A stretch of DNA of 64,000 nt from Eledone cirrhosa (Eukaryota), in the NCBI GenBank assembly GCA_964016885.1, contig OZ024743.1, forward strand, positions 78,678,001-78,742,000, written 5' to 3'. Position 1 is the stretch's first letter, and every line of letters begins with the position of its first letter. This document shows positions 28,287 to 43,428 of the stretch, piece after piece. The notes beneath the pieces are model-generated. The model worked only from the letters and a program-made list of their open reading frames with translations, ran no database searches and had not been told where the DNA came from. Made by a program: the position numbers and the translations under genes.

Positions 28287-28369
28287 AGCACGATGGCCGA
28301 GTGGTTAAGGCGTTGGACTTAAGTTCCAATGGACAAATATCCGCGTGGGTTCGAACCCCACTCGCGCTA
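28287..28369 (+). tRNA. tRNA-Leu-TAA: tRNA-Leu(TAA) variant
   Basis: Variable arm ATATCC; TCGCGCT. Confidence 0.75.
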
Positions 28370-29198
28370 AATTACTTTTTCTTCAAGTTGTCATTTATCT
28401 TATTTATTCTATTGATTCCTGTGAATGTATGGCTGAATATGCTTGGGCACCGCCTTCAGAAGATTTCGCTAAAAATATTGATCCGAGCACAATTGCTTTG
28501 TGAATCACGGGACCCCAACTGATTATGAAACTCAGTTTAATCTGGTCAGTATTTTATACCGATCGCCGAGTGTTATTAGACATTACCACCTATGACCAAA
28601 TGACCACATGGGTTTGATCCAAATTCAAGCTACATACTTATTCCTTTATTCTGGTTTTTATTGTATATTTTTTGTTATTTGTCTCCTTTTCATTCTTTAT
28701 TTTTCTAATTATTAATTAAACTTCTTCTAAATATAAATTTTTAAATCCAATAATCTTGCTTTCATAAATTTTCAATCTCTACAACCTGACATATAATATA
28801 TTACTTTAGGTTACTGTAAAGATATCTTCTAGAAACTCTCTAAATCTCAATCTCTACAACCTGACATATAATATATTACTTTAGGTTACTGTGAAGATAT
28901 CTTCTATAAACTCTCTAAATCTCACTCTCTACAACCTGACATATAAAGTATTCCTGCAGGTTACTTTATAGATATCTTCTAGTAACTCTCTAAATCTCAC
29001 ACTCTATAATTTCAGTCATCCAGTTGTCAACATAATAGAACCTTCCTATTATACTTAATGTATTTTACCAGGACCCCAAAACAATAACATGACTATATCT
29101 CACTATAGATTAGTAGATTTATGAACTAATTTGAATTTAACATACGTAACATTAGTTAGTATAGCTTTTAAATATAATTTCATATTGTGAATAATATG

Positions 29199-29281
29199 AG
29201 CACGATGGCCGAGTGGTTAAGGCGTTGGACTTAAGTTCCAATGGAAAAATTTCCGCGTGGGTTCGAACCCCACTCGTGCTA
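29199..29281 (+). tRNA. tRNA-Leu-TAA: tRNA-Leu(TAA), GGAA/TTCC isodecoder
   Basis: Fully paired. Confidence 0.92.
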
Positions 29282-30035
29282 AATTATTTTTTCTTCAAGT
29301 TGTCATTTATTTTATTTATTCTATTGATTCCTTTGATTGTATGGCTGAATATTCTTTGGCACCGCCTTGAGAAGATTACGCTGAAAATATTCATCCGAGC
29401 ACAATTCTTTTGTGAATCACGGGACCCCAACTGATTATGAAACTCAGTTTAATCTGGTCAGTATTTTATACCGATCGCCGAGTGTTATTAGACATTATCA
29501 CCTATGACCAAATGACCACATGTGTTTGATCCACATTCAAGCTACATACTTATTCCTTTATTCTGGTTTTTATTGTATATTTTTTGTTATTTGTCTCCTT
29601 TTCATTCTTTATTTTTCTAATTATTAATTAAACTTCTTCAAAATATAAATTTTTAAATCCAATAATCTTGATTTCATGAATTATCAATCTCTACAAACTT
29701 ACATATAATGTATTATTCTAGGTTACTTTAAAGATATCTTCGAGAAACTCTCTAAATCTCACTCTCTACAACCTGACATATAAAGTATTACTGCAGGTTA
29801 CTTTATAGATATCTTCTAGTAACTCTCTAAATCTCACACTCTATAATTTCAGTCATCCAGTTGTCAACATAATAGAACCTTCCTATTATACTTAACGTAT
29901 TTTACCAGGAACACAAAATATTAACATGATTATATCTCACTCTAGTGTAGTAGATTTATGAACTAATTTGAATTTAACATACGTAACATTAGTTAGTATA
30001 GCGTTTAAATATGATTTCATATTTTGAATAATATG

Positions 30036-30118
30036 AGCACGATGGCCGAGTGGTTAAGGCGTTCGACTTAAGTTCCAATGGACAACTATCCGCGTGGGTT
30101 CGAACCCCACTCGCGCTA
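30036..30118 (+). tRNA. tRNA-Leu-TAA: tRNA-Leu(TAA) variant, possibly non-functional
   Basis: Anticodon stem TTCGA mismatch, variable-arm and acceptor changes. Confidence 0.6.
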
Positions 30119-30947
30119 AATTACTTTTTCTTCAAGTTGTCATTTATCTTATTTATTCTATTGATTCCTGTGAATGTATGGCTGAATATGCTTGGGCACC
30201 GCCTTCAGAAGATTTCGCTAAAAATATTGATCCGAGCACAATTGCTTTGTGAATCACGGGACCCCAACTGATTATGAAACTCAGTTTAATCTGGTCAGTA
30301 TTTTATACCGATCGCCGAGTGTTATTAGACATTATCACCTATGACCATATGACCACATGGGTTTGATCCAAATTCAAGCTACATATTTATTCCTTTATTC
30401 TGGTTTTTATTGTATATTTTTTGTTATTTGTCTCCTTTTCATTCTTTATTTTTCTAATTATTAATTAAACTTCTTCAAAATATAAATTTTTAAATCCAAT
30501 AATCTTGCTTTCATAAATTCTCAATCTCTACAAACTTACATATAATGTATTATTCTAGGTTACTTTAAAGATATCTTCTAGAAACTCTCTAAATCTCAAT
30601 CTCTACAACCTGACATATAATATATTACTTTAGGTTACTGTAAAGATATCTTCTAGAAACTCTCTAAATCTCACTCTCTACAACCTGTCATATGAAGTAT
30701 TACTGCAGGTTACTTTATAGATATCTTCTGGTAACTCTCTAAATCTCACACTCTATAATTTCAGTCATCCAGTTGTCAATATAATAGAAACTTCCTGTTA
30801 TACTTAATGTATTTTACCAGGACCACAAAACAATAACATGACTATATCTCACTATAGAGTAGTAGATTTATGAACTAATTTGAATTTAACATCCGTAACA
30901 TTAGTTAGTATAGCTTTTAAATATGATTTCATATTTTGAAAAATATG

Positions 30948-31030
30948 AGCACGATGGCCGAGTGGTTAAGGCGTTGGATTTAAGTTCCAATGGACAAATG
31001 TCCGCGTGGGTTCGAACCCCACTCGTGCTA
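30948..31030 (+). tRNA. tRNA-Leu-TAA: tRNA-Leu(TAA), C32T
   Basis: Loop TTTAAGT, stems intact. Confidence 0.88.
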
Positions 31031-31859
31031 AATTATCTTTTCCTCAAGTTGTCATTTATTTTATTTATTCTATTGATTCCTGTGATTGTACGGCTGAATA
31101 TGCTTGGGCACCGCCTTCAGAAGTTTTCGCTGAAAATATTGATCCGAGCACAATTTTTTTGTGAATCACGGGACCCCAACTGATTATGAAACTTATTTTA
31201 ATCTGGTCAGTATTTTATACCGATCGCCGAGTGTTATTAGACATTATCACCTATGACCAAATGACCACATGGGTTTGATCCAAATTCAAGCTACATACTT
31301 ATTCCTTTATTCTGGTTTTTATTGTATATTTTTTGTTATTTGTCTCCTTTTCATTCTTTATTTTTCTAATTATTAATTAAACTTCTTCTAAATATAAATT
31401 TTTAAATCCAATAATCTTGCTTTCATAAATTTTCAATCTCTACAACCTGACATATAATATATTACTTTAGGTTACTGTAAAGATATCTTCTAGAAACTCT
31501 CTAAATCTCAATCTCTACAACCTGACATATAATATATTACTTTAGGTTACTGTGAAGATATCTTCTAGAAACTCTCTAAATCTCACTCTCTACAACCTGA
31601 CATATAAAGTATTCCTGCCGGTTACTTTATAGATATCTTCTAGTAACTCTCTAAATCTCACACTCTATAATTTCAGTCATCCAGTTGTCAACATAATAGA
31701 ACCTTCCTATTATACTTAATGTATTTTACCAGGACCCCAAAACAATAACATGACTATATCTCACTATAGATTAGTAGATTTATGAACTAATTTGAATTTA
31801 ACATACGTAACATTAGTTAGTATAGCTTTTAAATATAATTTCATATTGTGAATAATATG

Positions 31860-31942
31860 AGCACGATGGCCGAGTGGTTAAGGCGTTGGACTTAAGTTCC
31901 AATGGAAAAATTTCCGCGTGGGTTCGAACCCCACTCGTGCTA
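31860..31942 (+). tRNA. tRNA-Leu-TAA: tRNA-Leu(TAA), GGAA/TTCC isodecoder
   Basis: Fully paired. Confidence 0.92.
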
Positions 31943-32772
31943 AATTATTTTTTCTTCAAGTTGTCATTTATCTTATTTATTCTATTGATTCCTGTGAATG
32001 TATGGCTGAATATGCTTGGGCACCGCCTTCAGAAGATTTCGCTAAAAATATTGATCCGAGCACAATTGCTTTGTGAATCACGGGACCCCCAACTGATTAT
32101 GAAACTCAGTTTAATCTGGTCAGTATTTTATACCGATCGCCGAGTGTTATTAGACATTATCACCTATGACCATATGACCACATGGGTTTGATCCAAATTC
32201 AAGCTACATACTTATTCCTTTATTCTGGTTTTTATTGTATATTTTTTGTTATTTGTCTCCTTTTCATTCTTTATTTTTCTAATTATTAATTAAACTTCTT
32301 CTAAATATAAATTTTTAAATCCAATAATCTTGCTTTCATAAATTTTCAATCTCTACAACCTGACATATAATATATTACTTTAGGTTACTGTAAAGATATC
32401 TTCTAGAAACTCTCTAAATCTCAATCTCTACAACCTGACATATAATATATTACTTTAGGTTACTGTGAAGATATCTTCTAGAAACTCTCTAAATCTCACT
32501 CTCTACAACCTGACATATAAAGTATTCCTGCAGGTTACTTTATAGATATCTTCTAGTAACTCTCTAAATCTCACACTCTATAATTTCAGTCATCCAGTTG
32601 TCAATATAATAGAACCTTCCTATTATACTTAATGTATTTTACCAGGACCCGAAAACAATAACATGACTATATCTCACTATAGATTAGTAGATTTATGAAC
32701 TAATTTGAATTTAACATACGTAACATTAGTTAGTATAGCTTTTAAATATAATTTCATATTCTGAAAAATATG

Positions 32773-32855
32773 AGCACGATGGCCGAGTGGTTAAGGCGTT
32801 GGACTTAAGTTCAAATGGAAAAATTTCCGCGTGGGTTCGAACCCCACTCGTGCTA
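32773..32855 (+). tRNA. tRNA-Leu-TAA: tRNA-Leu(TAA), GGAA/TTCC class, anticodon-stem mismatch
   Basis: TCAAA instead of TCCAA. Confidence 0.7.
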
Positions 32856-33609
32856 AATTATTTTTTCTTCAAGTTGTCATTTATTTTATTTATTCTATTG
32901 ATTCCTTTGATTGTATGGCTGAATATTCTTTGGCACCGCCTTGAGAAGATTACGCTGAAAATATTCATCCGAGCACAATTCTTTTGTGAATCACGGGACC
33001 CCAACTGATTATGAAACTCAGTTTAATCTGGTCAGTATTTTATACCGATCGCCGAGTGTTATTAGACATTATCACCTATGACCAAATGACCACATGTGTT
33101 TGATCCACATTCAAGCTACATACTTATTCCTTTATTCTGGTTTTTATTGTATATTTTTTGTTATTTGTCTCCTTTTCATTCTTTATTTTTCTAATTATTA
33201 ATTAAACTTCTTCAAAATATAAATTTTTAAATCCAATAATCTTGATTTCATGAATTATCAATCTCTACAAACTTACATATAATGTATTGTTCTAGGTTAC
33301 TTTAAAGATATCTTCTAGAAACTCTCTAAATCTCACTCTCTACAACCTGACATATAAAGTATTACTGCAGGTTACTTTATAGATATCTTCTAGTAACTCT
33401 CTAAATCTCACACTCTATAATTTCAGTCATCCAGTTGTCAACATAATAGAACCTTCCTGTTATACGTAATGTATTTTACCAGGACCACAAAACAATAACA
33501 TGACTATATCTCACTATAGAGTAGTAGATTTATGAAGTAATTTGAATTTAACATACGTAACATTAGTGAGTATAGCTTTTAAATATAATTTCATATTGTG
33601 AATAATATG

Positions 33610-33692
33610 AGCACGTTGGCCGAGTGGTTAAGGCGTTGGACTTAAGTTCCAATGGACAAATGTCCGCGTGGGTTCGAACCCCACTCGCGCTA
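33610..33692 (+). tRNA. tRNA-Leu-TAA: tRNA-Leu(TAA), two acceptor mismatches
   Basis: AGCACGT / TCGCGCT. Confidence 0.65.
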
Positions 33693-34434
33693 AATTATTT
33701 TTTCTTCAAGCTGTCATTTTATTTATTCTAATGATTCCTGTGAATGTACGGCTGAATATGCTTGGGCACCGCCTTCAGATGATTTCGCTGAAAATATTGA
33801 TGCGAGCACAATTCTTTTGTGAATCACGGAACCCCAACTGATTATGAAACACAGTTTAATCTGGTCAGTATTTTATACCGATCGCCGAGTGTTATTAGAC
33901 ATTATCACCTATGACCAAATGACCACATGGGTTTGATCCAAATTCAAGCTACATACTTATTCTTTTATTCTGGTTATTATTGTATATTTTTTGTTATTTG
34001 TCTCCTTTTCATTCTTTATTTTTCTAATTATTAATTAAACTTCTTCAAAATATAAATTTTTAAATCCAATAATCTTGCTTTCATAAATTTTCAATCTCTA
34101 CAAACTTACATATAATGTAGGTTACTTTAAAGATATCTTCTAGAAACTCTCTAAAGCTCACTCTCTACAACCTGAGATATAAAGTATTACTGCAGGTTAC
34201 TTTATAGATATCTTCTAGTAACTCTCTAAATCTCACACTCTATAATTTCAGTCATCCAGTTGTCAACATAATAGAACCTTCCTGTTATACGTAATGTATT
34301 TTACCAGGACCACAAAACAATAACATGACTATATCTCACTATAGAGTAGTAGATTTATGAAGTAATTTGAATTTAACATACGTAACATTAGTGAGTATAG
34401 CTTTTAAATATAATTTCATATTGTGAATAATATG

Positions 34435-34517
34435 AGCACGTTGGCCGAGTGGTTAAGGCGTTGGACTTAAGTTCCAATGGACAAATGTCCGCGTGGGTTC
34501 GAACCCCACTCGCGCTA
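34435..34517 (+). tRNA. tRNA-Leu-TAA: tRNA-Leu(TAA), two acceptor mismatches
   Basis: Identical to 33610. Confidence 0.65.
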
Positions 34518-35259
34518 AATTATTTTTTCTTCAAGCTGTCATTTTATTTATTCTAATGATTCCTGTGAATGTACGGCTGAATATGCTTGGGCACCGCCTT
34601 CAGATGATTTCGCTGAAAATATTGATGCGAGCACAATTCTTTTGTGAATCACGGAACCCCAACTGATTATGAAACACAGTTTAATCTGGTCAGTATTTTA
34701 TACCGATCGCCGAGTGTTATTAGACATTATCACCTATGACCAAATGACCACATGGGTTTGATCCAAATTCAAGCTACATACTTATTCTTTTATTCTGGTT
34801 ATTATTGTATATTTTTTGTTATTTGTCTCCTTTTCATTCTTTATTTTTCTAATTATTAATTAAACTTCTTCAAAATATAAATTTTTAAATCCAATAATCT
34901 TGCTTTCATAAATTTTCAATCTCTACAAACTTACATATAATGTAGGTTACTTTAAAGATATCTTCTAGAAACTCTCTAAAGCTCACTCTCTACAACCTGA
35001 GATATAAAGTATTACTGCAGGTTACTTTATAGATATCTTCTAGTAACTCTCTAAATCTCACACTCTATAATTTCAGTCATCCAGTTGTCAACATAATAGA
35101 ACCTTCCTATTATACTTAACGTATTTTACCAGGACCACAAAACAATAACATGACTATATCTCACTATAGAGTAGTAGATTTATGAACTAATTTGAATTTA
35201 ACATACGTAACATTAGTTAGTATAGCGTTTAAATATGATTTCATATTTTGAATAATATG

Positions 35260-35342
35260 AGCACGATGGCCGAGTGGTTAAGGCGTTGGACTTAAGTTCC
35301 AATGGACAAATGTCCGCGTGGGTTCGAACCCCACTCGTGCTA
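35260..35342 (+). tRNA. tRNA-Leu-TAA: tRNA-Leu(TAA), consensus
   Basis: Identical to 21220. Confidence 0.95.
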
Positions 35343-36320
35343 AATTATATTTTCTTCAAGTTGTCATTTATTTTATTTATTCTTTTGATTCCTGTGATCG
35401 TACGGCTGAATATGCTTGGGCACCGCCTTCAGAAGTTTCCGCTGAAAATATTGATCCGAGCACAATTGCTTTGTGAATCACGGGACCCCAACTGATTATG
35501 AAACTCAGTTTAATCTGGTCAGTATTTAATACCGATCGCCGAGTGTTATTAGACATTATCACATATGACCAAATGACCACATGGGTTTGATCCAAATTCA
35601 AGCTACATACTTGTTCGTTTATTCTGGTTTTTATTGTATATTTTTTGTTATTTGTCTCCTTTTCATTCTTTATTTTTCTAATTATTAATTAAACTTCTTC
35701 AAAATATAAATTTTTAAATCCAATAATCTTGCTTTCATAAATTCTCAATCTCTACAAACTTACATATAATGTATTATTCTAGGTTACTTTAAAGATATCT
35801 TCTAGAAACTCTCTAAATCTCACTCTCTACAACCTGACATATAATATATTACTTTAGGTTACTGTAAAGATATCTTCTAGAAACTCTCTAAATCTCAATC
35901 TCTACAACCTGACATATAATATATTACTTTAGGTTACTGTAAAGATATCTTCTAGAAACTCTCTAAATCTCAATCTCTACAACCTGACATATAATATATT
36001 ACTTTAGGTTACTGTAAAGATATCTTCTAGAAACTCTCTAAATCTCACTCTCTACATCCTGTCATATGAAGTATTACTGCAGGTTACTTTATAGATATCT
36101 TCTGGTAACTCTCTAAATCTCACACTCTATAATTTCAGTCATCCAGTTGTCAACATAATAGAACCTTCCTGTTATACTTAATGTATTTTACCAGGACCAC
36201 AAAACAATAACATGACTATATCTCACTATAGAGTAGTAGATTTATGAAGTAATTTGAATTTAACATACGTAACATTAGTTAGTATAGCTTTTAAATATAA
36301 TTTCTATTTTGAATAATATG

Positions 36321-36403
36321 AGCACGATGGCCGAGTGGTTAAGGCGTTGGACTTAAGTCCCAATGGACAAATGTCCGCGTGGGTTCGAACCCCATTTGTG
36401 CTA
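36321..36403 (+). tRNA. tRNA-Leu-TAA: tRNA-Leu(TAA) variant
   Basis: CCCAA anticodon stem; CCCATTTGTGCT. Confidence 0.65.
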
Positions 36404-36751
36404 AATTATTTTTTCTAAAAGTTGTCATTTATTTTATTTATTCTATTGATTCCTGTGACTGTATGTCTGAATATGCTTGGGCACCGCCTACAGAAGATTT
36501 CGCTGAAAATATTGATCCGAGCACAATTGCTTTGTGAATCACGGGACACCAACTGATTATGAAACTCAGTTTAATCTGGTCAGTATTTTATACCGATCGC
36601 TGAGTGTTATTAGACATTATCACCTATGACCATATGACCACATGGGTTTGATCCAAATTCAAGCTACACACTTATTCCTTTATTCTGGTTTTTATTGTGT
36701 ATTTTTTGTTATTTGTCTCCTTTTCATTCTTTATTTTTCTAATTATTAATT

Positions 36752-38313
36752 TCTAAAACGGCATCATGAATGACTATAATGACTCTAAAATGGCGAAAAA
36801 GGCACCATAAATGACTAAAATGACGAAAACGGCACCATAAATGACTAAAATGACGAAAACAGCATCATAAATGACTAAAATGACTCCAAAATAGCTAAAA
36901 CGGCCTCATAAATGACTAAAATGACTCTAAAATGGCTAAAACGGCATCATAAATGACTAAAATGACTCTCAAATGGCCAAAACGACCTCATAAATGACTA
37001 AAATGATTCGAAAAGGCTTCATGATTAAAATTACTCTAAAACTGCATCATAAATGAGGAAAATGACTCTAACATGGTTAAAACGGCATCATGAATGACTA
37101 TAATGACTCTTAAATAGCTAAAACGTCATTATAAATGACTAAAATTGCTAAAACGGCATCATAAATGACTAGAATGACTCCAGAATGGCTAGAACGGCAT
37201 CATAAATGACTAAAATGACTCTAAAATGGCTAAAACGTCATTATAAATGACTAAAGTGGCTCAAACGGCATCATAAATGACTAGAATGACTCCAAAATGT
37301 CTAAAACGGCATCATATATGACTAAAATGACTCCAAAATGGTTAAAACGGCATCTTAAATGACTGAAATGGGTAAAACGGCATTATGAATGACTAAAATG
37401 TGTCTAGAATGGCTAAAATAGCATCATAAATGACTAAAATGACTCTAAAATGGCTAAAACGGCATTATCAATGACTAAAATGGCTAAAACGGCATCATAA
37501 ATGACGAGAATGACTCCAAAATGGCTAAAACGCATCATAAATGACTAAAATGAGTCCAAAATGGTTAAAAATGCATCTTAAATGACTCAAATTACTCTAA
37601 AATAGCTAAAAGGTCATTATAAATGACTAAAACGGCATTACAAATTACTAAAATGACTCTAAAATGGCTATAAAGGCATCATAAATGAGTAAAATGGCTA
37701 GAACGTCATCATAAATTACTAAAACGGCATCATAAATGACTAAAACGGTATCATAAATGGGCTAATATGGCTAAAACGGCATCATAAATGAGTAAAATGG
37801 CCAAAACCAGTTCATAAATGACTAAAACGTCATCATAAATGACTAAATGGCTAAAATAGCATCATAAATGAGTAAAATGGCTAAAAAGGCATCATAAATA
37901 AGTAAAATGGCTAAAACGTCATCCTAAATGACTAAAACGTCATCATAATTGATAAAAACGTCATCATAAATGACTAAAATGACTCTAAAAGGTTAAAATG
38001 GCATCAGAAATGACTAAAATGGCATCATAAATGGCTAAATTGTCTCTAAAATGGCATAAATTAGTAAAATGGCTAAAACGTCATCATAAATTACTAAAAC
38101 GTCATTATTAATGACTAAAATGGCTAAAACGACATCATAAGTGGCTAAATTGACTCTAAAATGTCTAAAACGGCATCATGAATGAGTAAAATGGACAAAA
38201 CGTCATCATAAATGATTAAAATGACATCATAAATGAGTAAAATTACTCTAAAATGGCTAAAACGGCATCGTAAATGACTCTAATATGGCTAAAATAGCAT
38301 CATAAATGAGTAA
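36752..38313. repeat. 1562-bp A-tract satellite insertion, copy 1
   Basis: Modules TAAATGAC / TAAAATGACTC / TAAAATGGC / TAAAACGGCATCA; inserted at ATTAATT|AAACTTC of a 912-bp unit. Confidence 0.93.
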
Positions 38314-38794
38314 AAACTTCTTCAAAATATAAATTTTTAAATCCAATAATCTTGCTTTCATAAATTCTCAATCTCTACAAACTTACATATAATGTATTAT
38401 TCTAGGTTACTTTAAAGATATCTTCTAGAAACTCTCTAAATCTCAATCTCTACAACCTGACATATAATATATTACTTTAGGTTACTGTAAAGATATCTTC
38501 TAGAAACTCTCTAAATCTCACTCTCTACAACCTGTCATATGAAGTATTACTGCAGGTTACTTTATAGATATCTTCTGGTAACTCTCTAAATCTCACACGC
38601 TATAATTTCAGTCATCCAGTTGTCAACATAATAGAAACTTCCTGTTATACTTAATGTATTTTACCAGGACCACAAAACAATAACATGACTATATCTCACT
38701 ATAGAGTAGTAGATTTATGAACTAATTTGAATTTAACATACGTAACATTAGTTAGTATAGCTTTTAAATATGATTTCATATTTTGAATAATATG

Positions 38795-38877
38795 AGCACG
38801 ATGGCCGAGTGGTTAAGGCGTTCGACTTAAGTTCCAATGGACAAATGTCCGCGTGGGTTCTAACCCCACTCGTGCTA
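38795..38877 (+). tRNA. tRNA-Leu-TAA: tRNA-Leu(TAA) variant, possibly non-functional
   Basis: TTCGA anticodon stem; T-loop TTCTAAC. Confidence 0.55.
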
Positions 38878-39781
38878 AATTATCTTTTCTCAAAGTTGTC
38901 ATTTATTTTATTTATTCTATTGATTCCTGTGACTGTATGGCTGAATATGCTTGGGCACCGCCTTCAGAAGATTTCGCTAAAAATATTGATCCGAGCACAA
39001 TTGCTTTGTGAATCACGGGACCCCAACTGATTATGAAACTCAGTTTAATCTGGTCAGTATTTTATACCGATCGCCGAGTGTTATTAGACATTACCACCTA
39101 TGACCAAATGACCACATGGGTTTGATCCAAATTCAAGCTACATACTTATTACTTTATTCTGGTTTTTATTGTATATTTTTTGTTATTTGTCTCCTTTTCA
39201 TTCTTTATTTTTCTAATTATTAATTAAATTTCTTCAAAATATAAATTTTTAAATCCAATAATCTTGCTTTCATAAATTCTCAATCTCTACAAACTTACAT
39301 ATAATGTATTATTCTAGGTTACTTTAAAGATATCTTCTAGAAACTCTCTAAATCTCAATCTCTACAACCTGACATATAATATATTACTTTAGGTTACTGT
39401 AAAGATATCTTCTAGAAACTCTCTAAATCTCAATCTCTACAACCTGACATATAATATATTACTTTAGGTTACTGTGAAGATATCTTCTAGAAACTCTCTA
39501 AATCTCACTCTCTACAACCTGACATATAAAGTATTCCTGCAGGTTACTTTATAGATATCTTCTAGTAACTCTCTAAATCTCACACTCTATAATTTCAGTC
39601 ATCCAGTTGTCAACATAATAGAACCTTCCGATTATACTTAATGTATTTTACCAGGACCCCAAAACAATAACATGACTATATCTCACTATAGATTAGTAGA
39701 TTTATGAACTAATTTGAATTTAACATACGTAACATTAGTTAGTATAGCTTTTAAATATAATTTCATATTGTGAATAATATG

Positions 39782-39864
39782 AGCACGATGGCCGAGTGGT
39801 TAAGGCGTTGGACTTAAGTTCCAATGGAAAAATTTCCGCGTGGGTTCGAACCCCACTCGTGCTA
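39782..39864 (+). tRNA. tRNA-Leu-TAA: tRNA-Leu(TAA), GGAA/TTCC isodecoder
   Basis: Fully paired. Confidence 0.92.
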
Positions 39865-40768
39865 AATTATATTTTCTTCAAGTTGTCATTTATTTTATTT
39901 ATTCTATTGATTCCTTTGATTGTATGGCTGAATATTCTTTGGCACCGCCTTGAGAAGATTACGCTGAAAATATTGATCCAAGCACAATTCTTTTGTGAAT
40001 CACGGGACCCCAACTGATTATGAAACTCAGTTTAATCTGGTCAGTATTTTATACCGATCGCCGAGTGTTATTAGACATTATCACCTATGACCAAATGACC
40101 ACATGTGTTTGATCCACATTCAAGCTACATACTTATTCCTTTATTCTGGTTTTTATTGTATATTTTTTGTTATTTGTCTCCTTTTCATTCTTTATTTTTC
40201 TAATTATTAATTAAACTTCTTCAAAATATAAATTTTTAAATCCAATAATCTTGATTTCATGAATTATCAATCTCTACAAACTTACATATAATGTATTATT
40301 CTAGGTTACTTTAAAGATATCTTCTAGAAACTCTCTAAATCTCACTCTCTACAACCTGACATATAAAGTATTACTGCAGGTTACTTTATAGATATCTTCT
40401 AGTAACTCTCTAAATCTCACTCTCTACAACCTGACATATAATATATTACTTTAGGTTACTGTAAAGATATCTTCTAGAAACTCTCTAAATCTCACTCTCT
40501 ACAACCTGTCATATGAAGTATTACTGCAGGTTATTTTATAGATATCTTCTGGTAACTCTCTAAATCTCACACTCTATAATTTCAGTCATCCAGTTGTCAA
40601 TATAATAGAAACTTCCTGTTATACTTAATGTATTTTACCAGGACCACAAAACAATAACATGACTATATCTCACTATAGAGTAGTAGATTTATGAACTAAT
40701 TTGAATTTAACATACGTAACATTAGTTAGTATAGCTTTTAAATATGATTTCATATTTTGAATAATATG

Positions 40769-40851
40769 AGCACGATGGCCGAGTGGTTAAGGCGTTGGAC
40801 TTAAGTTCCAATGGACAAATGTCCGCGTGGGTTCGAACCCCACTCGTGCTA
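40769..40851 (+). tRNA. tRNA-Leu-TAA: tRNA-Leu(TAA), consensus
   Basis: Identical to 21220. Confidence 0.95.
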
Positions 40852-41680
40852 AATTATCTTTTCTTCAAGTTGTCATTTATTTTATTTATTCTATTGATTC
40901 CTGTGATTGTACGGCTGAATATGCTTGGGCACCGCCTTCAGAAGTTTTCGCTGAAAATATTGATCCGAGCACAATTTTTTTGTGAATCACGGGTCCCCAA
41001 CTGATTATGAAACTTATTTTAATCTGGTCAGTATTTTATACCGATCGCCGAGTGTTATTAGACATTATCACCTATTACCAAATGACCACATGGGTTTGAT
41101 CCAAATTCAAGCTACATACTTATTCCTTTATTCTGGTTTTTATTGTATATTTTTTGTTATTTGTCTCCTTTTCATTCTTTATTGTTCTAAATATTAATTA
41201 AACTTCTTCTAAATATAAATTTTTAAATCCAATAATCTTGCTTTCATAAATGTTCAATCTCTACAACCTGACATATAATATATTACTTTAGGTTACTGTA
41301 AAGATATCTTCTAGAAACTCTCTAAATCTCAATCTCTACAACCTGACATATAATATATTACTTTAGGTTACTGTGAAGATATCTTCTAGAAACTCTCTAA
41401 ATCTCACTCTCTACAACCTGACATATAAAGTATTCCTGCAGGTTACTTTATAGATATCTTCTAGTAACTCTCTAAATCTCACACTCTATAATTTCAGTCA
41501 TCCAGTTGTCAACATAATAGAACCTTCCTATTATACTTAATGTATTTTACCAGGACCCCAAAACAATAACATGACTATATCTCACTATAGATTAGTAGAT
41601 TTATGAACTAATTTGAATTTAACATACGTAACATTAGTTAGTATAGCTTTTAAATATAATTTCATATTGTGAATAATATG

Positions 41681-41763
41681 AGCACGATGGCCGAGTGGTT
41701 AAGGCGTTGGACTTAAGTTCCAATGGAAAAATTTCCGCGTCGGTTCGAACCCCACTCGTGCTA
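41681..41763 (+). tRNA. tRNA-Leu-TAA: tRNA-Leu(TAA), GGAA/TTCC class, T-stem mismatch
   Basis: GTCGG instead of GTGGG. Confidence 0.7.
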
Positions 41764-42517
41764 AATTATTTTTTCTTCAAGTTGTCATTTATTTTATTTA
41801 TTCTATTGATTCCTTTGATTGTATGGCTGAATATTCTTTGGCACCGCCTTGAGAAGATTACGCTGAAAATATTGATCCGAGCACAATTCATTTGTGAATC
41901 ACGGGACCCCAACTGATTATGAAACTCAGTTTAATCTGGTCAGTATTTTATACCGATCGCCGAGTGTTATTAGACATTATCACCTATGACCAAATGACCA
42001 CATGTGTTTGATCCACATTCAAGCTACATACTTATTCCTTTATTCTGGTTTTTATTGTATATTTTTTGTTATTTGTCTCCTTTTCATTCTTTATTTTTCT
42101 AATTATTAATTAAACTTCTTCAAAATATAAATTTTTAAATCCAATAATCTTGATTTCATGAATTATCAATCTCTACAAACTTACATATAATGTATTATTC
42201 TAGGTTACTTTAAAGATATCTTCTAGAAACTCTCTAAATCTCACTCTCTACAACCTGACATATAAAGTATTACTGCAGGTTACTTTATAGATATCTTCTA
42301 GTAACTCTCTAAATCTCACACTCTATAATTTCAGTCATCCAGTTGTCAACATAATAGAACCTTCCTATTATACTTAACGTATTTTACGAGGACCACAAAA
42401 TATTAACATGACTATATCTCACTCTAGTGTAGTAGATTTATGAACTAATTTGAATTTAACATACGTAACATTAGTTAGTATAGCGTTTAAATATGATTTC
42501 ATATTTTGAATAATATG

Positions 42518-42600
42518 AGCACGATGGCCGAGTGGTTAAGGCGTTGGACTTAAGTTCCAATGGACAAATGTCCGCGTGGGTTCGAACCCCACTCGTGCTA
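42518..42600 (+). tRNA. tRNA-Leu-TAA: tRNA-Leu(TAA), consensus
   Basis: Identical to 21220. Confidence 0.95.
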
Positions 42601-43428
42601 AATTTTATTTTCTTCAAGTTGTCATTTATTTTATTTATTCTATTGATTCCTGTGATCGTACGGCTGAATATGCTTGGGCACCGCCTTCAGAAGTTTCCGC
42701 TGAAAATATTGATCCGAGCACAATTTTTTTGTGAATCACGGGTCTCCATCTGATTATGAAACTCAGTTTAATCTGGTCAGTATTTTATACCGATCGCCGA
42801 GTGTTATTAGACATTACCACCTATGACCAAATGACCACATGGGTTTGATCCAAATTCAAGCTACATACTTGTTCCTTTATTCTGGTTTTTATTGTATATT
42901 TTTTGTTATTTGTCTCCTTTTCATTCTTTATCTTTCTAATTATTAATTAAACTTCTTCAAAATATAAATTTTTAAATCCAATAATCTTGCTTTCATAAAT
43001 TCTCAATCTCTACAAACTTACATATAATGTATTATTCTAGGTTACTTTAAAGATATCTTCTAGAAACTCTCTAAATCTCAATCTCTACAACCTGACATAT
43101 AATATATTACTTTAGGTTACTGTAAAGATATCTTCTAGAAACTCTCTAAATTTCACTCTCTACAACCTGTCATATGAAGTTTTACTGCAGGTTACTTTAA
43201 AGATATCTTCTGGTAACTCTCTAAATCTCACACTCTATAATTTCAGTCATCCAGTTGTAAACATAATAGAACCTTCCTATTATACTTAATGTATTTTACC
43301 AGGACCACAAAACAATAACATGAATATATCTCACTATAGAGTAGTAGATTTATGAACTAATTTGAATTTAACATACGTAACATTAGTTAGTATAGCTTTT
43401 AAATATAATTTCTAATTTAAATAATATG

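Noticed and set aside
36752-38313. Satellite insert as a repetitive protein-coding exon or telomeric repeat
   Set aside because: There is no ORF in the track, stop codons are frequent, unit lengths are mixed (21/30/41) and there is no TTAGGG-type motif
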